From a virus (Duplodnaviria > Caudoviricetes): DNA of 64,000 nt. The translations under genes were made by a program, and so were the position numbers. The notes below the pieces were generated by a model. It did not search any database. It saw only the letters and a program-made list of their open reading frames with translations, and had not been told where the DNA came from. Each line of letters begins with the position of its first letter. Positions within the stretch are counted from its first letter, which is position 1. The DNA lies in the IMG/VR virus record IMGVR_UViG_3300031414_000005. The stretch is one strand, 5' to 3'. Positions 37,701-46,181 of this stretch are shown here, piece after piece.

Positions 37701-39541
37701 TACGGGCCTTCAACCGCAGCAACCTCGACAACCCAAACATCTTCCTCTCCATGACCAGTCGTCAGAACGTGACAGCCAATTGGTATAAAGAGATGGGACT
37801 GATGTTGGACTTGTTCGTGGACCCGATCACCAAAGAGGAACTGATCAAGCTCAATGCCCCCACCAAGTTCGATGCGCTGTTAATCCATGCGGCGAAAATG
37901 CTGCTGTCCGATGAACACCGTAAAGAAACCTCGATGCAGGAGCAACGTATCGTGGGTTACGAACGTTTCTCAGGTGCGGTGTATAAAGAGATGGTGAAAG
38001 CCGTGCGCTCTTACCGGAGCCGTGCAGTGAACACCAAGCAGGGTGTGGACCTGAACCCCGAAGCCGTGTGGCTACGTATCTTAACCGATACCGCTGCGAT
38101 GCCAATGGATGAAGCCAACCCGATTCAGAACCTCAAGCTGAAAGAACGTGTGACCAGCGGCGGTGACGGTGGCCGTACAGCAACCACTATGGTGCGTCGC
38201 ACCCGTGAATACCTGGAAGACTATATCGGGACCATCTCGGAAGCGACCGTGGATAACGCCAACGTGGCGTATATCTCGTTCCTGACCGCGAACCCGAACT
38301 TTGTCGACCTGCGGGGGAATGTGGCACAGCTGGAGAACTACGACCAGACCAGTCAGTTTGCCTCCTCGGTGTCACTGTTGAACTATGGCTGTGACCGTGA
38401 TGATCCCAAACGTACGGTGTTTGCGTCTATCCAGCATGCTCAGGCGATGTACGCGGATGGGTACCGCCCGACGCCACTGCGCACCGGTTACGAAACCTTG
38501 ATTGCCCAACGTACTGATGAACTCTACTCCGGTAAAGCGGATCAGGACGGGAAAGTGATTGAGGTGACGAAGAACCACATCGCCGTGGAATACACGGACG
38601 GCACGGTGAAGGCGGTGGAACTCGGCACCCGTATCGGCTCCGCATCCGGTACCTACTTTACCCACACCCTGGTAACCGACCTCAAGGTGGGTGATTCGGT
38701 AATGAAGAACGACATCATTGCCTGGAACACCAACTACTTTGAACGGGACCAGATCAATCCATCACAGGTGGTGTGGAAAGCGGGGGTATTGGCACGTGTG
38801 GCCTTTATGGAGGATGAGTTCACGTATGAGGACTCCTCGATTATCTCCAAGGCGCTGGCTGAAAAGCTCGGGACCAAGATCATTAAGCGGGTTCCGATTA
38901 CGGTCGACTTCCGTCAGGAGGTGCGTAACCTGATCAGTGAAGGCATGGAAGTTCAGTACGACAGCATTTTATGTACGATAGAAGACCCTATCACCGCCAA
39001 CCTCGGGGCGTACTCCGACGAAGACTACAGTGGGCTGAGTAATTTGTCAGCCTTCGGTAAGACAGCGAAGACACACGGGCGTATCTCCAAGATCGACGTG
39101 CTGTATAACGGGGACATTGACAACATGTCAGAATCCCTGGCGCTGGTTGCAAACGCCTCTGACCGTAAACGCGGTCGGGTGGCGAAGCAACTTCGTAAAG
39201 GCGGAGCCACCACAGGTCAGGTGTTAGAAGGACTTCGTGTCGATGGGAACACTGTTGATCCCAATAAAGCCGTTATCTTTGTGTATATCGAAGTACCTGT
39301 GCCCGCCGGTATCGGGGGGAAAGGTGTATTCGGTAACCAGATGAAGTCGACCTTTGGCTACATCATGGATAACGAGACTGTCACTGAATCCGGTTTAACG
39401 GTTGACTCAATCTTCAGCTTTAAATCTGAGTTGAACCGTGTGGTCTTGTCAGCGATCATCCAGGCAATGACGAACCCGTTGTTGCGGACGTACACTGAGG
39501 GGGCCAAGGACATCTTCCGTAAAGCCAAAAACCTGGGATAA
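34778..39541 (+). CDS. rpoB: virion RNA polymerase beta subunit, large fragment (phiKZ gp178-like)
   Basis: RpoB-like motifs SEATVD..NVAY..FL, ASIQHAQAM, GVLARVAFM...TYEDS..IS, and GKGVFGNQMKS (GDK..GRHGNKG equivalent). Confidence 0.92.
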   Translation: MLRLEQFEKRFSVLRKNQILSPKFHALASLELPANAILHYLPTDPTDIGPDVNEITLINYPEPIFVNHLTEMVNKIGNPQRVTANPRALIDQYRKTHRRFLYLRNFATTNQQPRNLLVWNYGIAQQFYRYRPSVFVSYQRWFNQYYTMWEQVAHLQQDSTRSQFIPLSLPAILPSLTQLRNSSKKMGSGMEDEQAHPMDTLDAQWTAEDEAELQAEMAQSTPFQQMFVNLTRSLLKIKKYGSNSRRRKAEFVYDPRSQYNAAQYYHNSPLGDQTTYPEMDDDDDDYDETEGDGGDFDGGMEGIYNWGVEDLGAMESRITLTTPRLDQTALRPFQAANSYWMLDFWQWLAGERETSVMSLMDHNQLHKVNLLIENMGSFAILNLGRLMDWLNEMPKVQRGGEEVVNPVAKENYAKQLLLFFNKQFMMKTEGGFQPDTADEQSDEASTPLRDKRKPEVISSPELPDDIFDEEDDGTEIDTRNVYGVDVPVNPFDDIDKQVHQPDEPQLVPEPSEPVASDVEDATIAQLSDDVDDALLELPQAAQHLDDADDLMFEGGGAPEDGVMIKAIEMAESGQISASEFRRMEKVSSSYRRIKNPFGEGTLEDLITYDPVVLNTVPKAIGQDSDTILDKSMLDSTVTHVNTQYIKHVMQKDVANMVMGVQQAGIAITNYEVDEVVDALSAYDSYTIQFQPVGGLTTTRRFRIPKVQEDNTYTVNSVKSVLSWQRMDKPIRKINPSRVALNSYYGKKVFIDRSTKKVNSYEDWLHRNIIAESQPTPGSDVPSQVQGLVLGRHFDPTIKTPHTFAMLSRRFRQFQVGDCAFLFNTHDLEESVGKERFRELLSRDFVVCGKRGDDLLVMDTAGMVYAYPPALPSFQMLDTIENMVGLNVKDAPVEIVEVKINGRYVPMVIILCYYYGLTRLLKLLETSVRYVPRGERLQLTSEEVAIGFADEFLVYSRNDRLSSLILGGLNTYKDELRAFNRSNLDNPNIFLSMTSRQNVTANWYKEMGLMLDLFVDPITKEELIKLNAPTKFDALLIHAAKMLLSDEHRKETSMQEQRIVGYERFSGAVYKEMVKAVRSYRSRAVNTKQGVDLNPEAVWLRILTDTAAMPMDEANPIQNLKLKERVTSGGDGGRTATTMVRRTREYLEDYIGTISEATVDNANVAYISFLTANPNFVDLRGNVAQLENYDQTSQFASSVSLLNYGCDRDDPKRTVFASIQHAQAMYADGYRPTPLRTGYETLIAQRTDELYSGKADQDGKVIEVTKNHIAVEYTDGTVKAVELGTRIGSASGTYFTHTLVTDLKVGDSVMKNDIIAWNTNYFERDQINPSQVVWKAGVLARVAFMEDEFTYEDSSIISKALAEKLGTKIIKRVPITVDFRQEVRNLISEGMEVQYDSILCTIEDPITANLGAYSDEDYSGLSNLSAFGKTAKTHGRISKIDVLYNGDIDNMSESLALVANASDRKRGRVAKQLRKGGATTGQVLEGLRVDGNTVDPNKAVIFVYIEVPVPAGIGGKGVFGNQMKSTFGYIMDNETVTESGLTVDSIFSFKSELNRVVLSAIIQAMTNPLLRTYTEGAKDIFRKAKNLG

Positions 39542-39548
39542 TTAAACG

Positions 39549-40280
39549 ATGACACCTCAAACCATCAAAGACCTGCAAGAGGACCTGATTGCACTCGGCC
39601 TGTTACCGAAAGGACAGAACGACGGCGCATGGGGACCGAAGTCGCAGGCTGCGTGGAACAGTGCGGTGAGTCTGTTGAAGAAAGGGGGCCAACCGGCCCC
39701 CGTTACAGACACCGGTGCTGTGCAGTACGACATTGCCTGGTCAGGCTCGAAGAACGTGAACGATGCGTTTGTGGCCAAGGTAAAAGAGATCGCCACCAAA
39801 CTGTTATTGCCAATGAATGACAACGCAGGTGCAGGCTGGCTGATGAGTTGTATGGCGTTTGAAACGGGTGAGACATTCAGTCCCTCTATTCAGAACGGTG
39901 CCGGGGCGCAAGCCTATGGCCTGATTCAGTTTATGAAAGGTGCCGCATCCGACATGGGTGTGACCCTGGACCAACTGAAAGTCATGACAGCCCTTCAACA
40001 GCTGGATTACGTCTACCTGTATTTCAAACGGTTCACCGGTAAAATCACGTCGCTCGATGATGTGTACCTGGCTATTTTCTATCCGGCTGCTATGGGTAAA
40101 CCAGACAGCACCGTGTTGTTCTACCGTGACCTGGCGAAGACCTCGCTGGCGTACAAGCAGAACAGCGGGCTCGACCTGAATAAAGACGGACAGATCACCG
40201 TTGCGGAGATTTGTTCGATTATCCGTTCTAAACATGCGAAAGGGTTACGACCTGAGTACCGAAAAGTGATTAAGGGTTAA
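39549..40280 (+). CDS. endolysin: N-terminal peptidoglycan-binding domain plus lysozyme-like/transglycosylase domain
   Basis: LQEDLIALGLL....DGAWGPKS (PGBD) followed by MAFETG..FSP......A.GLIQF. Confidence 0.85.
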   Translation: MTPQTIKDLQEDLIALGLLPKGQNDGAWGPKSQAAWNSAVSLLKKGGQPAPVTDTGAVQYDIAWSGSKNVNDAFVAKVKEIATKLLLPMNDNAGAGWLMSCMAFETGETFSPSIQNGAGAQAYGLIQFMKGAASDMGVTLDQLKVMTALQQLDYVYLYFKRFTGKITSLDDVYLAIFYPAAMGKPDSTVLFYRDLAKTSLAYKQNSGLDLNKDGQITVAEICSIIRSKHAKGLRPEYRKVIKG

Positions 40281-40282
40281 TC

Positions 40283-40462
40283 ATGGGCGAACAACTGAAT
40301 TACGGCACAGTACAACTGCTGGCCAATATCCATGCTGCGGTGGAACAAACCATGGCGAAGCTGGGTAGCGAAGAATTTAAACCACTGGACGCAGACAAAC
40401 AGCAGGCTTATATCACTGCGCGTCTGCAAGCCGGTATTGCTGCATATAACGCGAAAGGATAA
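40283..40462 (+). CDS. small hypothetical protein, 59 aa (MGEQLNYGTVQLLANIHAAVEQ...), not in ORF track
   Basis: AAGGG RBS; fills the gap between endolysin and the next gene; contains the AAGGA RBS of the next gene. Confidence 0.75.
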   Translation: MGEQLNYGTVQLLANIHAAVEQTMAKLGSEEFKPLDADKQQAYITARLQAGIAAYNAKG

Positions 40463-40468
40463 TTCCCC

Positions 40469-42001
40469 ATGCTTAAGAAAAGTAACGTCGCCAGTGTGGT
40501 GTCCTTAGCGCAACAGTTGCAGGACCGTGGCTACCAGTTAACCCTGAATCCAAAGTTCACCTTGCTGGACGCTGTTATGCGTGCCAACGAAGTCAACTAC
40601 GTGGTGGCAACCGATTCACTGGAAGATGTGTTGGTGAACCGTTCAGCTATGCGTGTGGTGGATGGGGTGGCTCTGGAAGACGGCGAAGAAACGCCGGTGC
40701 TGATTCCCAACGCCCACACCCAGGCCATGGATGAACTGACCACGGCAGCGGCGTCGGCGATCACGGTGATCTCTAACCTGGTCCGCACCCACATCAACCC
40801 GAACGTGGCAAACATCGCTCAGGCGGTTTACCGCGTGCTGGATGGCAATGCCTATTCGGACATCACTGATTTTGGTTATGAGACACGTGCTTACAACCCG
40901 ATTTACAACAGTGGTGTGGTGGAAGGCCTGATCAGTGGCATCAACACGGCGCAGGCTCTGCCACTGCCAACGGTGAATCTGCCAGCGATGAACAACACCC
41001 AGCTGGAAAACCTGGTGAAGACAGCCAATGCCAGCATCAACTCGGGTCTGGCGACTTTCCAGCAGAAATACGCAGATGGTCTGGTTTATGTGTATGACCT
41101 GTTCTTCCGTCAGAGCGGCGGTCCCAATCCACTGAGCGCGTCGATCTACACCACCCGTCAAGGTGACAACATGGTGAACCTCGGCAGCGGTAGCGATACG
41201 GCTGTTCCGGCGGTGGGTCTGATCATTGCCGCGGCGTTGGTTGACAACCCGCCGGAAGGCACCACGCTGGATGTGGATGTCTACAACGGTCTGGTTAGCC
41301 GTGTCATGAGTGCGCTGGCCAATGCAGTGAAAATGGTGAGCGATGAGCGCGCCTTTGCCATTGAGCAGAAAATCCTGGTATTGGAATACCCAATGATCAG
41401 CTCGTCCACCGGGCGTGTGAACGGCAAAATGGTGCTGAACGATGACATGACGTCAAGCTTCTACGGTTCAGGCATCAGCATGGATGAACTGATTGGTTCC
41501 GCACTGTCCTCGCGTTACACCTCGCTCGATGAACTGCTGATCAACAAAGACCGTCTGGTTGAAATCTACAGAGCCCACCGTGACCAAGCCATGGTGAACC
41601 GCACCATCAACCGTCAGCAGTTCCTGAACTCCGCCCTGGTTGAGCAAATCAGCAACTACTTTGATGACGTGGACCCGGCGATTCTGGAACCGACCGTGAA
41701 GGCACAGGAACTGGCTAACAAAGGCGAGTTGCGTCTGTTGGTCCTGAACAAGGTGCGTGATGACCTGTATCACACCCGTGTGCTGGAAAACAACATTCAG
41801 GAATACCTGACCACGTTGTTTGCTGAACGTATTTTCATCAACCCGTCACTGGGTGACTTCCTGCGTATTTTCAACACCACCGAAATGTACGGTGTGGCGA
41901 GAAACAACGAAGAAGAGAGCATCCGTGAGCGTGCGGCGTATACCGCCATCATCATGCTGACCAAACTGTTCTCTGAAGCCACCACAGTTAAACGTCTTTA
42001 A
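40469..42001 (+). CDS. virion structural/head protein (phiKZ gp177-like), 510 aa
   Basis: Synteny between vRNAP beta and the gp176/gp175 homologues; strong codon bias. Confidence 0.65.
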   Translation: MLKKSNVASVVSLAQQLQDRGYQLTLNPKFTLLDAVMRANEVNYVVATDSLEDVLVNRSAMRVVDGVALEDGEETPVLIPNAHTQAMDELTTAAASAITVISNLVRTHINPNVANIAQAVYRVLDGNAYSDITDFGYETRAYNPIYNSGVVEGLISGINTAQALPLPTVNLPAMNNTQLENLVKTANASINSGLATFQQKYADGLVYVYDLFFRQSGGPNPLSASIYTTRQGDNMVNLGSGSDTAVPAVGLIIAAALVDNPPEGTTLDVDVYNGLVSRVMSALANAVKMVSDERAFAIEQKILVLEYPMISSSTGRVNGKMVLNDDMTSSFYGSGISMDELIGSALSSRYTSLDELLINKDRLVEIYRAHRDQAMVNRTINRQQFLNSALVEQISNYFDDVDPAILEPTVKAQELANKGELRLLVLNKVRDDLYHTRVLENNIQEYLTTLFAERIFINPSLGDFLRIFNTTEMYGVARNNEEESIRERAAYTAIIMLTKLFSEATTVKRL

Positions 42002-42016
42002 TAACGGAGGTGTCCC

Positions 42017-42742
42017 TTGGACATCAGCACCTACAAGCGCGATAAAACGCGAGTGATGGGCGCACTGAAGGTCATGGAAGACCGCAGTGTGATTGCCCTG
42101 GAGCCAGTACGTATTCATATCCCCAACCGTTACCTGGATCGCGGTCTGGCTGCGATCGGTGACCGCGTGTCAACCTTGGCGGTGTACGCCTTGCTCACCA
42201 ACGATGGACATTACATGGTGAGCTTGGCTCCGTGCCGGGTGTACTTGAAACCCAATGCCATCCGTGAAATCAAAATTGAAGGGGAAGGTTACTTCGAGTT
42301 TGAGTTTGCCAAAGGGGACACCGTGATTGAATCGACCACGGTGGTGCAGGAAGAGATCATCACGTACTACATGTACAGTGAGTTCGACGCCAAAGGCAAA
42401 ATGCCCTGGTTCATGGACCGGGATTTAAATGGGCGGTTGTTTGACAACGCCAAGCATTTCTGCGGTGGGTACATCGGGGACAACCCGCAAATCTACCGTA
42501 TGCTGCACGCTATCCGTAACCGTGACCCGGACAACATTCGTCGTCCCTGGCGTCAGGCGGTGAAAACGGAAGCGGACGTTGCCCGTGTTCAGCCGGTGAT
42601 TGTGGCACTGAGTGCCATCAACATCACCTCGTCAGGTACCTTGCCACGTCTGCTGGGGTCGTACCTTAGCGACACGATTCGTTCTGCGATCATTGACCCG
42701 TCCGAACGCGCAGAGGGCGGTGAGATCATCATGCGTAAATAA
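42017..42742 (+). CDS. rpoC: virion RNA polymerase beta' C-terminal fragment (phiKZ gp176-like)
   Basis: GGAGG RBS + TTG; immediately before the protease; C-terminal SGTLPRLLGSYLSDTIRSA resembles the beta' C-terminal region. Confidence 0.7.
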   Translation: MDISTYKRDKTRVMGALKVMEDRSVIALEPVRIHIPNRYLDRGLAAIGDRVSTLAVYALLTNDGHYMVSLAPCRVYLKPNAIREIKIEGEGYFEFEFAKGDTVIESTTVVQEEIITYYMYSEFDAKGKMPWFMDRDLNGRLFDNAKHFCGGYIGDNPQIYRMLHAIRNRDPDNIRRPWRQAVKTEADVARVQPVIVALSAINITSSGTLPRLLGSYLSDTIRSAIIDPSERAEGGEIIMRK

Positions 42743-42754
42743 AGGAGTTGCACC

Positions 42755-43537
42755 ATGTCTTCCGTGTCGTATGCATGTGAAGTTCTGCGTGGAATGAACA
42801 AGCAAGGGATATTGACACCTGACAGCGATGGCTATTACAAAACCTGTGTCGGTGCCTTCAACATCCACAACTTCCACAAAGATTTCTACCCGCTCACTAA
42901 CCAGATCAAAGAGATGTTTGATTCGGGGGCGGAATTCCAACGTCGTATCAAAACCCATCAGTTGCGGGGTGAGTGTGAACACCCGGCACCGGAAGCCGGC
43001 ATGACCCAACAGCAGTGGTTTGCGCGTCTGCGTAAAATCCGCCTGGATCGTGTTAGCCACCATTTCAAAAGTGTGGTGCTGGATTTCTCACAGGTCGGGA
43101 AGAATGGACAAAACATCGTTCCTATCCTGGCTGAAGTGAAACCTTCCGGTGTGTTTGGTCCGGGTCTGCAATCGTCTTTCGATAACAAAGATGAAGACAC
43201 TGCGTTCAGTATCCGCAGTATCACCGCAGACACCCCATTACCCAACAGCTTCCGTGACCGTAAAGAAGTGCAGTACATCGCCACCTTCGACTGGGTCAAC
43301 GAACCGGGTATCAAGATCGCCACCAAATACCACGCACCAGGACTGGAGTCACTGGAAGCGGGTGAGATGTCGGTCGCAGCCATTGAAGAAGACATCCGCA
43401 TTATCCAGGAGTTCCAGCGTAACGGAACCGGCCTGGAGGCGAATGATAACATTCATGAGCTGCAAGCCCTGGTCGGTGCGTTAACGCACTCCGGTGCGAA
43501 AACCGGGATCATCTTACCGCCGTCAATGCGTTGGTAG
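42755..43537 (+). CDS. prohead maturation protease (T4 gp21/phiKZ gp175-like)
   Basis: LRGECEHP (His), RVSHH, FSIRS (Ser), TFDWVNEPG (Asp) motifs. Confidence 0.88.
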   Translation: MSSVSYACEVLRGMNKQGILTPDSDGYYKTCVGAFNIHNFHKDFYPLTNQIKEMFDSGAEFQRRIKTHQLRGECEHPAPEAGMTQQQWFARLRKIRLDRVSHHFKSVVLDFSQVGKNGQNIVPILAEVKPSGVFGPGLQSSFDNKDEDTAFSIRSITADTPLPNSFRDRKEVQYIATFDWVNEPGIKIATKYHAPGLESLEAGEMSVAAIEEDIRIIQEFQRNGTGLEANDNIHELQALVGALTHSGAKTGIILPPSMRW

Positions 43538-43549
43538 TTACACCCCTCT

Positions 43550-43578
43550 GGCTCCTGCTTCGGCGGGAGCCTTCTTTG
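43550..43578 (+). terminator. intrinsic terminator GGCTCCTGC-TTCG-GCGGGAGCC
   Basis: UUCG hairpin plus TTCTTT after the protease gene. Confidence 0.8.
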
Positions 43579-43647
43579 TTCTGCTGTTATTTTTATACAT
43601 GTGACCGTATTCTTTGACCGTAATTCCTTTAACTGGATTATCCCCAC

Positions 43648-44223
43648 ATGAATGTAAAGCTTACCAAACCCGAAGCGTACTTTGTGAATGACCTGCGTCA
43701 GTTCGCTGATTTCCTCAACTGCTTCCAGCGCATCATGGTGCAAGCCCGTCAGCTGTGGCAGGAGCACGAAGCCGAATTGCTGAAGAAACCGTCGTCCGCC
43801 CGTAACGACCTGACCATGGGTGTGGTTGGTGAAATCAACCGCAAGATCGTGGCCATGGAACCGATCCCGTATGTGCGCCATGACACCACCACGGTGATTG
43901 AGCGGTTTAAGATCTACACCAACGAACTGTTCCTGCTGGAACAAATCCAGTTGGTTGACCTGTTCCGTTTCGTGGCGTCTGTGTATGCCCCCAACACCGA
44001 TATCGTGCGAGTCAATATGTTGATCGTCAACTACGTCGACCTGGACACGGGTGCGGTAAACTTCAACAAAGATTTCATCAACGAATTCCGTCAGCTGATT
44101 TACTCGATTGGTGTCTCAGCGCACAAAGACATCCTGCGCAGCTTACCGCGTCCGACGCCGGTAAAGCAGTACCAAGGTAACATGGTCGAAGCCGTGGCAA
44201 TCGCTGACGAGAAAGAGGTGTAA
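43648..44223 (+). CDS. hypothetical protein (191 aa)
   Basis: ORF with phage codon usage; contains the GAGG RBS of the next gene. Confidence 0.8.
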   Translation: MNVKLTKPEAYFVNDLRQFADFLNCFQRIMVQARQLWQEHEAELLKKPSSARNDLTMGVVGEINRKIVAMEPIPYVRHDTTTVIERFKIYTNELFLLEQIQLVDLFRFVASVYAPNTDIVRVNMLIVNYVDLDTGAVNFNKDFINEFRQLIYSIGVSAHKDILRSLPRPTPVKQYQGNMVEAVAIADEKEV

Positions 44224-44224
44224 C

Positions 44225-44401
44225 ATGGAAGCATTAATCTATCTGCTGAACCTGACTGCGGATGCCCTGGAAGGCCGTTACCTGTCGGATGATGCTGCGA
44301 AGAAAGAAGACCAGTTCTATCATCACGACACCGTCGATGCCGTCGTGACAGCCGTTGCACGCACCATGGACGATGCGTTGGCTGAAAAGGCGCAAAGCTA
44401 A
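44225..44401 (+). CDS. small acidic protein, 58 aa (MEALIYLLNLTADALEGRY...), not in ORF track
   Basis: GAGGT RBS; ATG44225-TAA44401. Confidence 0.7.
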   Translation: MEALIYLLNLTADALEGRYLSDDAAKKEDQFYHHDTVDAVVTAVARTMDDALAEKAQS

Positions 44402-44413
44402 ATAATCACAAAC

Positions 44414-44431
44414 CTATATCACCCATATGAC
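44414..44431 (+). promoter_or_regulatory. promoter core CTATATCACC-CATATGAC
   Basis: Matches the downstream half of the promoter motif. Confidence 0.6.
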
Positions 44432-44501
44432 AACAGACACACCAGTCTGGGGACGACACATACGTGACGTCTTAATTCTAATGGTTGAGAGGTATTGAGA
44501 A

Positions 44502-44594
44502 ATGATTTGTCGTCTGGTGCGTAAAACGATTTATCGTAAAGCGAGTAAAGATAACAACGTCGCTGCGGTGCGTGTTTTTCTGATTCGTAAATAA
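44502..44594 (+). CDS. basic peptide, 30 aa (MICRLVRKTIYRKASKDNNVAAVRVFLIRK), not in ORF track
   Basis: GAGAGGT RBS; first ORF after the promoter core. Confidence 0.5.
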   Translation: MICRLVRKTIYRKASKDNNVAAVRVFLIRK

Positions 44595-44671
44595 TCTGTA
44601 TTGCTTAGCAGTCCCTTTGCAGTAACCCCTTTTTAATTGCGTTCTCACTCATTCATCAAATGGAGTATCAA

Positions 44672-45124
44672 ATGTCTAAAGCAACTGTTAACGATCGTAT
44701 CCTGGCCCTGTCTGCTTCCCTGGTTGAAACCGCGAAGACTGATGCGACCAACGCGAAAACCGTTTACGATCTGGACACTGTGAAAGCGGCACTGCCAGAA
44801 GGTCTGAACTTCGAGCAGGCACAGCAGTATCAGAACTTCCTGGGTGAACTGACCCTGGCGTCCGAACTGGCGACTTCCCAGATCGGCAGCGGTGTGCTGG
44901 CCGAGAACGAAGACCATTCTGAATTCACTGGCGTGCTGGACTTCGGTGCCACCACGATCAGCAATATCTTCCAGGGCAAAACAGCCATTGGCGAGAAAGA
45001 TGTATTCGGTCACGTGGTGTCTTCAGTGCACACTGAATTCACTGGCGAACTGGGTGCGCAGGCGAAAGCCGTGCGTGCAGACATCGCGAGCAAGGCCAAA
45101 GCCCTGTTCGGTGGTAAGAAGTAA
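44672..45124 (+). CDS. hypothetical protein (150 aa), likely highly expressed
   Basis: GGAG RBS before ATG44672; extreme codon bias (CTG, GGC/GGT, GAA, AAA). Confidence 0.85.
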   Translation: MSKATVNDRILALSASLVETAKTDATNAKTVYDLDTVKAALPEGLNFEQAQQYQNFLGELTLASELATSQIGSGVLAENEDHSEFTGVLDFGATTISNIFQGKTAIGEKDVFGHVVSSVHTEFTGELGAQAKAVRADIASKAKALFGGKK

Positions 45125-45211
45125 CAACTAACCCTATCCATTAACCCGCTCGGTCACTTCTCATTCCGGAAAAATAAGATCTAACCTAAGCGAGTAGTAG
45201 ATAGTTGAATC

Positions 45212-45237
45212 GGGAGTTACTTCGGTAACTCCCTTTT
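45212..45237 (+). terminator. intrinsic terminator GGGAGTTAC-TTCG-GTAACTCCC-TTTT
   Basis: 9-bp perfect stem, UUCG loop, U tract. Confidence 0.9.
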
Positions 45238-45344
45238 CTCAGATGCTTTTCTTTTGTTCATGCAAAGGAAAAGAATTTGTACCCGAAGGTGAAGCGGGCA
45301 AACTTCCCACACCCCAGCCGAGTGCGGCACCCAAAACAAAGGTA

Positions 45345-46127
45345 ATGAAAATGAACTTTACAGGTCGAACCCTCAACATCTCCATGAAACAAGATATCGA
45401 AACCACTGACACATTTTGGGTCTTTGAAATCCATGTGCTTAGCAACCGTGTGGTATACATAACAGGTAATGACGGGTTGCTTGATCATGTTTCCCGCCGG
45501 GTACTTGATCTAGGTATGGCGATTCATCTTCGTCTCCCGCATTGCTATAAGTGGTTTGATGGCTATTCTTTTGAAGATCTGAACAGTGAACTGGATCATA
45601 TCTGGAAAGACCTCCAGGCATTCGTGGCAACTTACTGTGGTAGTCACACACTTCAGAAATACAAAGAGAACCGCTCTAAGTTGGTGATGATGGACTCAAC
45701 GTATCAGAAAGAAGGTGGACCCACCAACCCGCTGGTATCCCTGCCAAGCAATGTCTGGATCAACACGATCTACATTCCTAAGGCAAAGGGTTGGGTGGAT
45801 ATCGCGTATGAACTCACCCGCCACCCTGATCAACACACCGACCTGGTCACCATGCATCCGGGTAATCACGCCGATGATGCGTTTAAACGCACCAAAGAAT
45901 CGTTACGTCGCGGGGTGCGCAGTTTCAAATGGGTGATGCGCCGTTCACTCCATGTGGGTGAGGTCGATGGCCTGCGGTTTGTTCCGTCGATTGGTGAGGT
46001 TTACCTTAAGCATCAGGACGAGATTCACCGGGTGTTGGATATCCCGTTGTCGATTGGTGAGTCGAACATGAATCGGGTGGAGCGTCAGATTGAAGAAAGC
46101 CGAAAAGAATACGACAACGATCAGTAA
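45345..46127 (+). CDS. hypothetical protein (~260 aa)
   Basis: AAAGG RBS before ATG45345; the track start at 45243 is less likely. Confidence 0.75.
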   Translation: MKMNFTGRTLNISMKQDIETTDTFWVFEIHVLSNRVVYITGNDGLLDHVSRRVLDLGMAIHLRLPHCYKWFDGYSFEDLNSELDHIWKDLQAFVATYCGSHTLQKYKENRSKLVMMDSTYQKEGGPTNPLVSLPSNVWINTIYIPKAKGWVDIAYELTRHPDQHTDLVTMHPGNHADDAFKRTKESLRRGVRSFKWVMRRSLHVGEVDGLRFVPSIGEVYLKHQDEIHRVLDIPLSIGESNMNRVERQIEESRKEYDNDQ

Positions 46128-46140
46128 TCATTAATTAACA

Positions 46141-46164
46141 GGGGCTGCTTCGGCGGCTCCTTTT
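46141..46164 (+). terminator. intrinsic terminator GGGGCTGC-TTCG-GCGGCTCC-TTTT
   Basis: UUCG hairpin plus U tract. Confidence 0.8.
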
Positions 46165-46181
46165 CCAGTTAAGGAATCATC

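Noticed and set aside
45345-46127. Possible GIY-YIG nuclease motif (VFEIH...VVYITG)
   Set aside because: Too degenerate, with no downstream Arg/Glu/Asn signature recognised; left as hypothetical.
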